Shown here: positions 62,741 to 64,000 of the stretch, piece after piece | Layout of the letters: every line of letters starts with the position of its first letter | Position numbering within the stretch: position 1 is the first letter of the stretch | NCBI GenBank assembly: GCA_963665125.2 | Contig: CAXXUK010000002.1 | Location: 32,001-96,000, forward strand | Direction of reading: 5' to 3' | From: an uncultured Desulfarculus sp. | Lineage (GTDB): Bacteria > Desulfobacterota > Desulfarculia > Desulfarculales > Desulfarculaceae | Length of the DNA: 64,000 nt | Notes under the pieces: generated by a model | Seen by the model: the letters and a program-made list of their open reading frames with translations, nothing else | The model's database searches: none | What the model was told of the DNA's origin: nothing | Made by a program: the position numbers and the translations under genes

Positions 62741-63684
62741 TGCGTCCCCTGAAGCTTGTGTTCATGGGCACGCCGGATATAGCCGTGCCGACTCTGCGGG
62801 CCGCGGCCGCCGCGGGCCATGAGATCGCCCTGGTGATCACACGGCCCGACCGCCCGGCCGGCAGGGGCCGCAAGCTGCGCCGGGGCGATGTGGCCGCCGC
62901 AGCCGATGAATTGGGCCTGAGCGTGGCCCAGCCCGACGATGTTTCGGGCATGGCCGGCGAGATCGGCGCCATCGGCCCCGACGCTATGGTGGTGTTGGCC
63001 TTTGGCCAGATCCTGCCGCCGCAGATCCTTTCCATCGCCCCCATGGGCTGCATCAACGTGCATTTTTCCCTGCTGCCCCAACTCCGGGGGGCCGCGCCCA
63101 TTCAGCAGGCCGTTTTGCAGGGTCTGGACGCCACCGGCGTCAGCACCATGTTCATGGACCAGGGTTTGGACACCGGCGACGTGATCCTCCAAGAGGTGAC
63201 CGCCATCGAGCCCATTGATACGGCGGGCACCCTGGCCGACAAACTGGCCCAAAGCGGGGCCCGGCTCCTGGTGCGCACCCTGGAGATGATCGCCGACGGC
63301 GCGGCGGTGCGCACGCCCCAGGACAACGCCCAGAGCACCTACGCCCGCCGCCTGAACAAGGCCGAGGGCCTGGTGGATTTCAGCCGTCCGGCCAGGGAAC
63401 TCGATTGGCACGTGCGGGGCATGGACCCCTGGCCCGCCGCGTTCGTGGACACGCCCGCCGGGCCGTTGCGCCTGTTCGGCCCCACAATGGTCCTGGCTGA
63501 CGCCGCCGGGTCCGCGCCGGGAGTGCTCATCGATGCGCCGGGGCCGGACATGCTGGCCGTTGCCTGCGGAAGTGGGGCCTTGGCCGTGGGCCAGGCCCAG
63601 GCGCCGGGCAAGCGACGCATGAGCGCGGGCGATTTCCTGCGCGGCGCCCGGCTGAAGCCCGGCGATAGGCTGGACGGCCGATGA
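62740..63684 (+). CDS. fmt: methionyl-tRNA formyltransferase
   Basis: FMGTPDIA, PDRPAGRG, NVHFSLLP...RGAAPIQ, LDTG. Confidence 0.96.
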   Translation: MRPLKLVFMGTPDIAVPTLRAAAAAGHEIALVITRPDRPAGRGRKLRRGDVAAAADELGLSVAQPDDVSGMAGEIGAIGPDAMVVLAFGQILPPQILSIAPMGCINVHFSLLPQLRGAAPIQQAVLQGLDATGVSTMFMDQGLDTGDVILQEVTAIEPIDTAGTLADKLAQSGARLLVRTLEMIADGAAVRTPQDNAQSTYARRLNKAEGLVDFSRPARELDWHVRGMDPWPAAFVDTPAGPLRLFGPTMVLADAAGSAPGVLIDAPGPDMLAVACGSGALAVGQAQAPGKRRMSAGDFLRGARLKPGDRLDGR

Positions 63685-64000
63685 ACCCCCGCCGCCTAGC
63701 CCTGAAAGTACTGATCGATCTGGATCTTACTCCAAAGCATCTGGAGCACCTGCTTTCGCTACACCTGGACAAACACTCCGGGGCCCAGCAGAGGGACAGG
63801 TCCATGGCGGCCAATCTGGTGTATGCCGTGCTGCGTCACCGCCTGCGCCTGGATTACCTGATAAAACCCTTTGTCAACCGGCCCATGGACAAGCTGGACC
63901 TGCCTGTCCTGTCCGCTTTGCGCATGGGCGTGGCGGACCTGGTAATACTGGAGAGCCCGGCCCATGCCGCGGTTGATTCCGCCGTGGACGCGGCCAAGGC
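63681..64000 (+). CDS. rsmB: 16S rRNA m5C967 methyltransferase RsmB, N-terminal NusB-like part (runs off window end)
   Basis: MNPRRLALKVL...DRSMAANLVYAVLRHRLRLDY...LRMG...PAHAAVDSAV; def-fmt-rsmB order; ATGA overlap. Confidence 0.88.
   Translation, partial: MNPRRLALKVLIDLDLTPKHLEHLLSLHLDKHSGAQQRDRSMAANLVYAVLRHRLRLDYLIKPFVNRPMDKLDLPVLSALRMGVADLVILESPAHAAVDSAVDAAK

Overview
GC-rich bacterial chromosomal segment, probably Desulfobacterota/deltaproteobacterial (inferred from gene repertoire: sirC-ccsA-hemA, many sigma54 systems, PEP-CTERM, split atp locus). Mostly core genes: ilvD-ilvB-ilvN-ilvC-leuC, heme genes, serS, ntrY/ntrX-like pair, MacAB-TolC-like exporter, purine salvage, gmd-fcl, def-fmt-rsmB. 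The standout is a stand-alone Na+-type Fo operon (atpZ-atpI-atpB-c5-atpE-b'-b, no F1 genes). It encodes a normal c subunit plus a 405-aa protein of five fused c-hairpins, in which only hairpins 1 and 5 keep the ion-binding glutamates. Other observations: a 46-aa Leu/Val/Ile-rich leader peptide before ilvD; a vWA protein with six 264-bp repeats followed by three paralogous 4-Cys secreted proteins; a PAS-membrane fusion protein chimera; a sigma54 promoter with tandem enhancer-like sites; a 31-aa membrane microprotein; a 97-bp inverted-repeat element beside a duplicated gene fragment; and a promoter/terminator-bounded structured RNA candidate. I recognised no rRNA, tRNA, CRISPR array or transposase. 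All calls were made by eye, without database searches.
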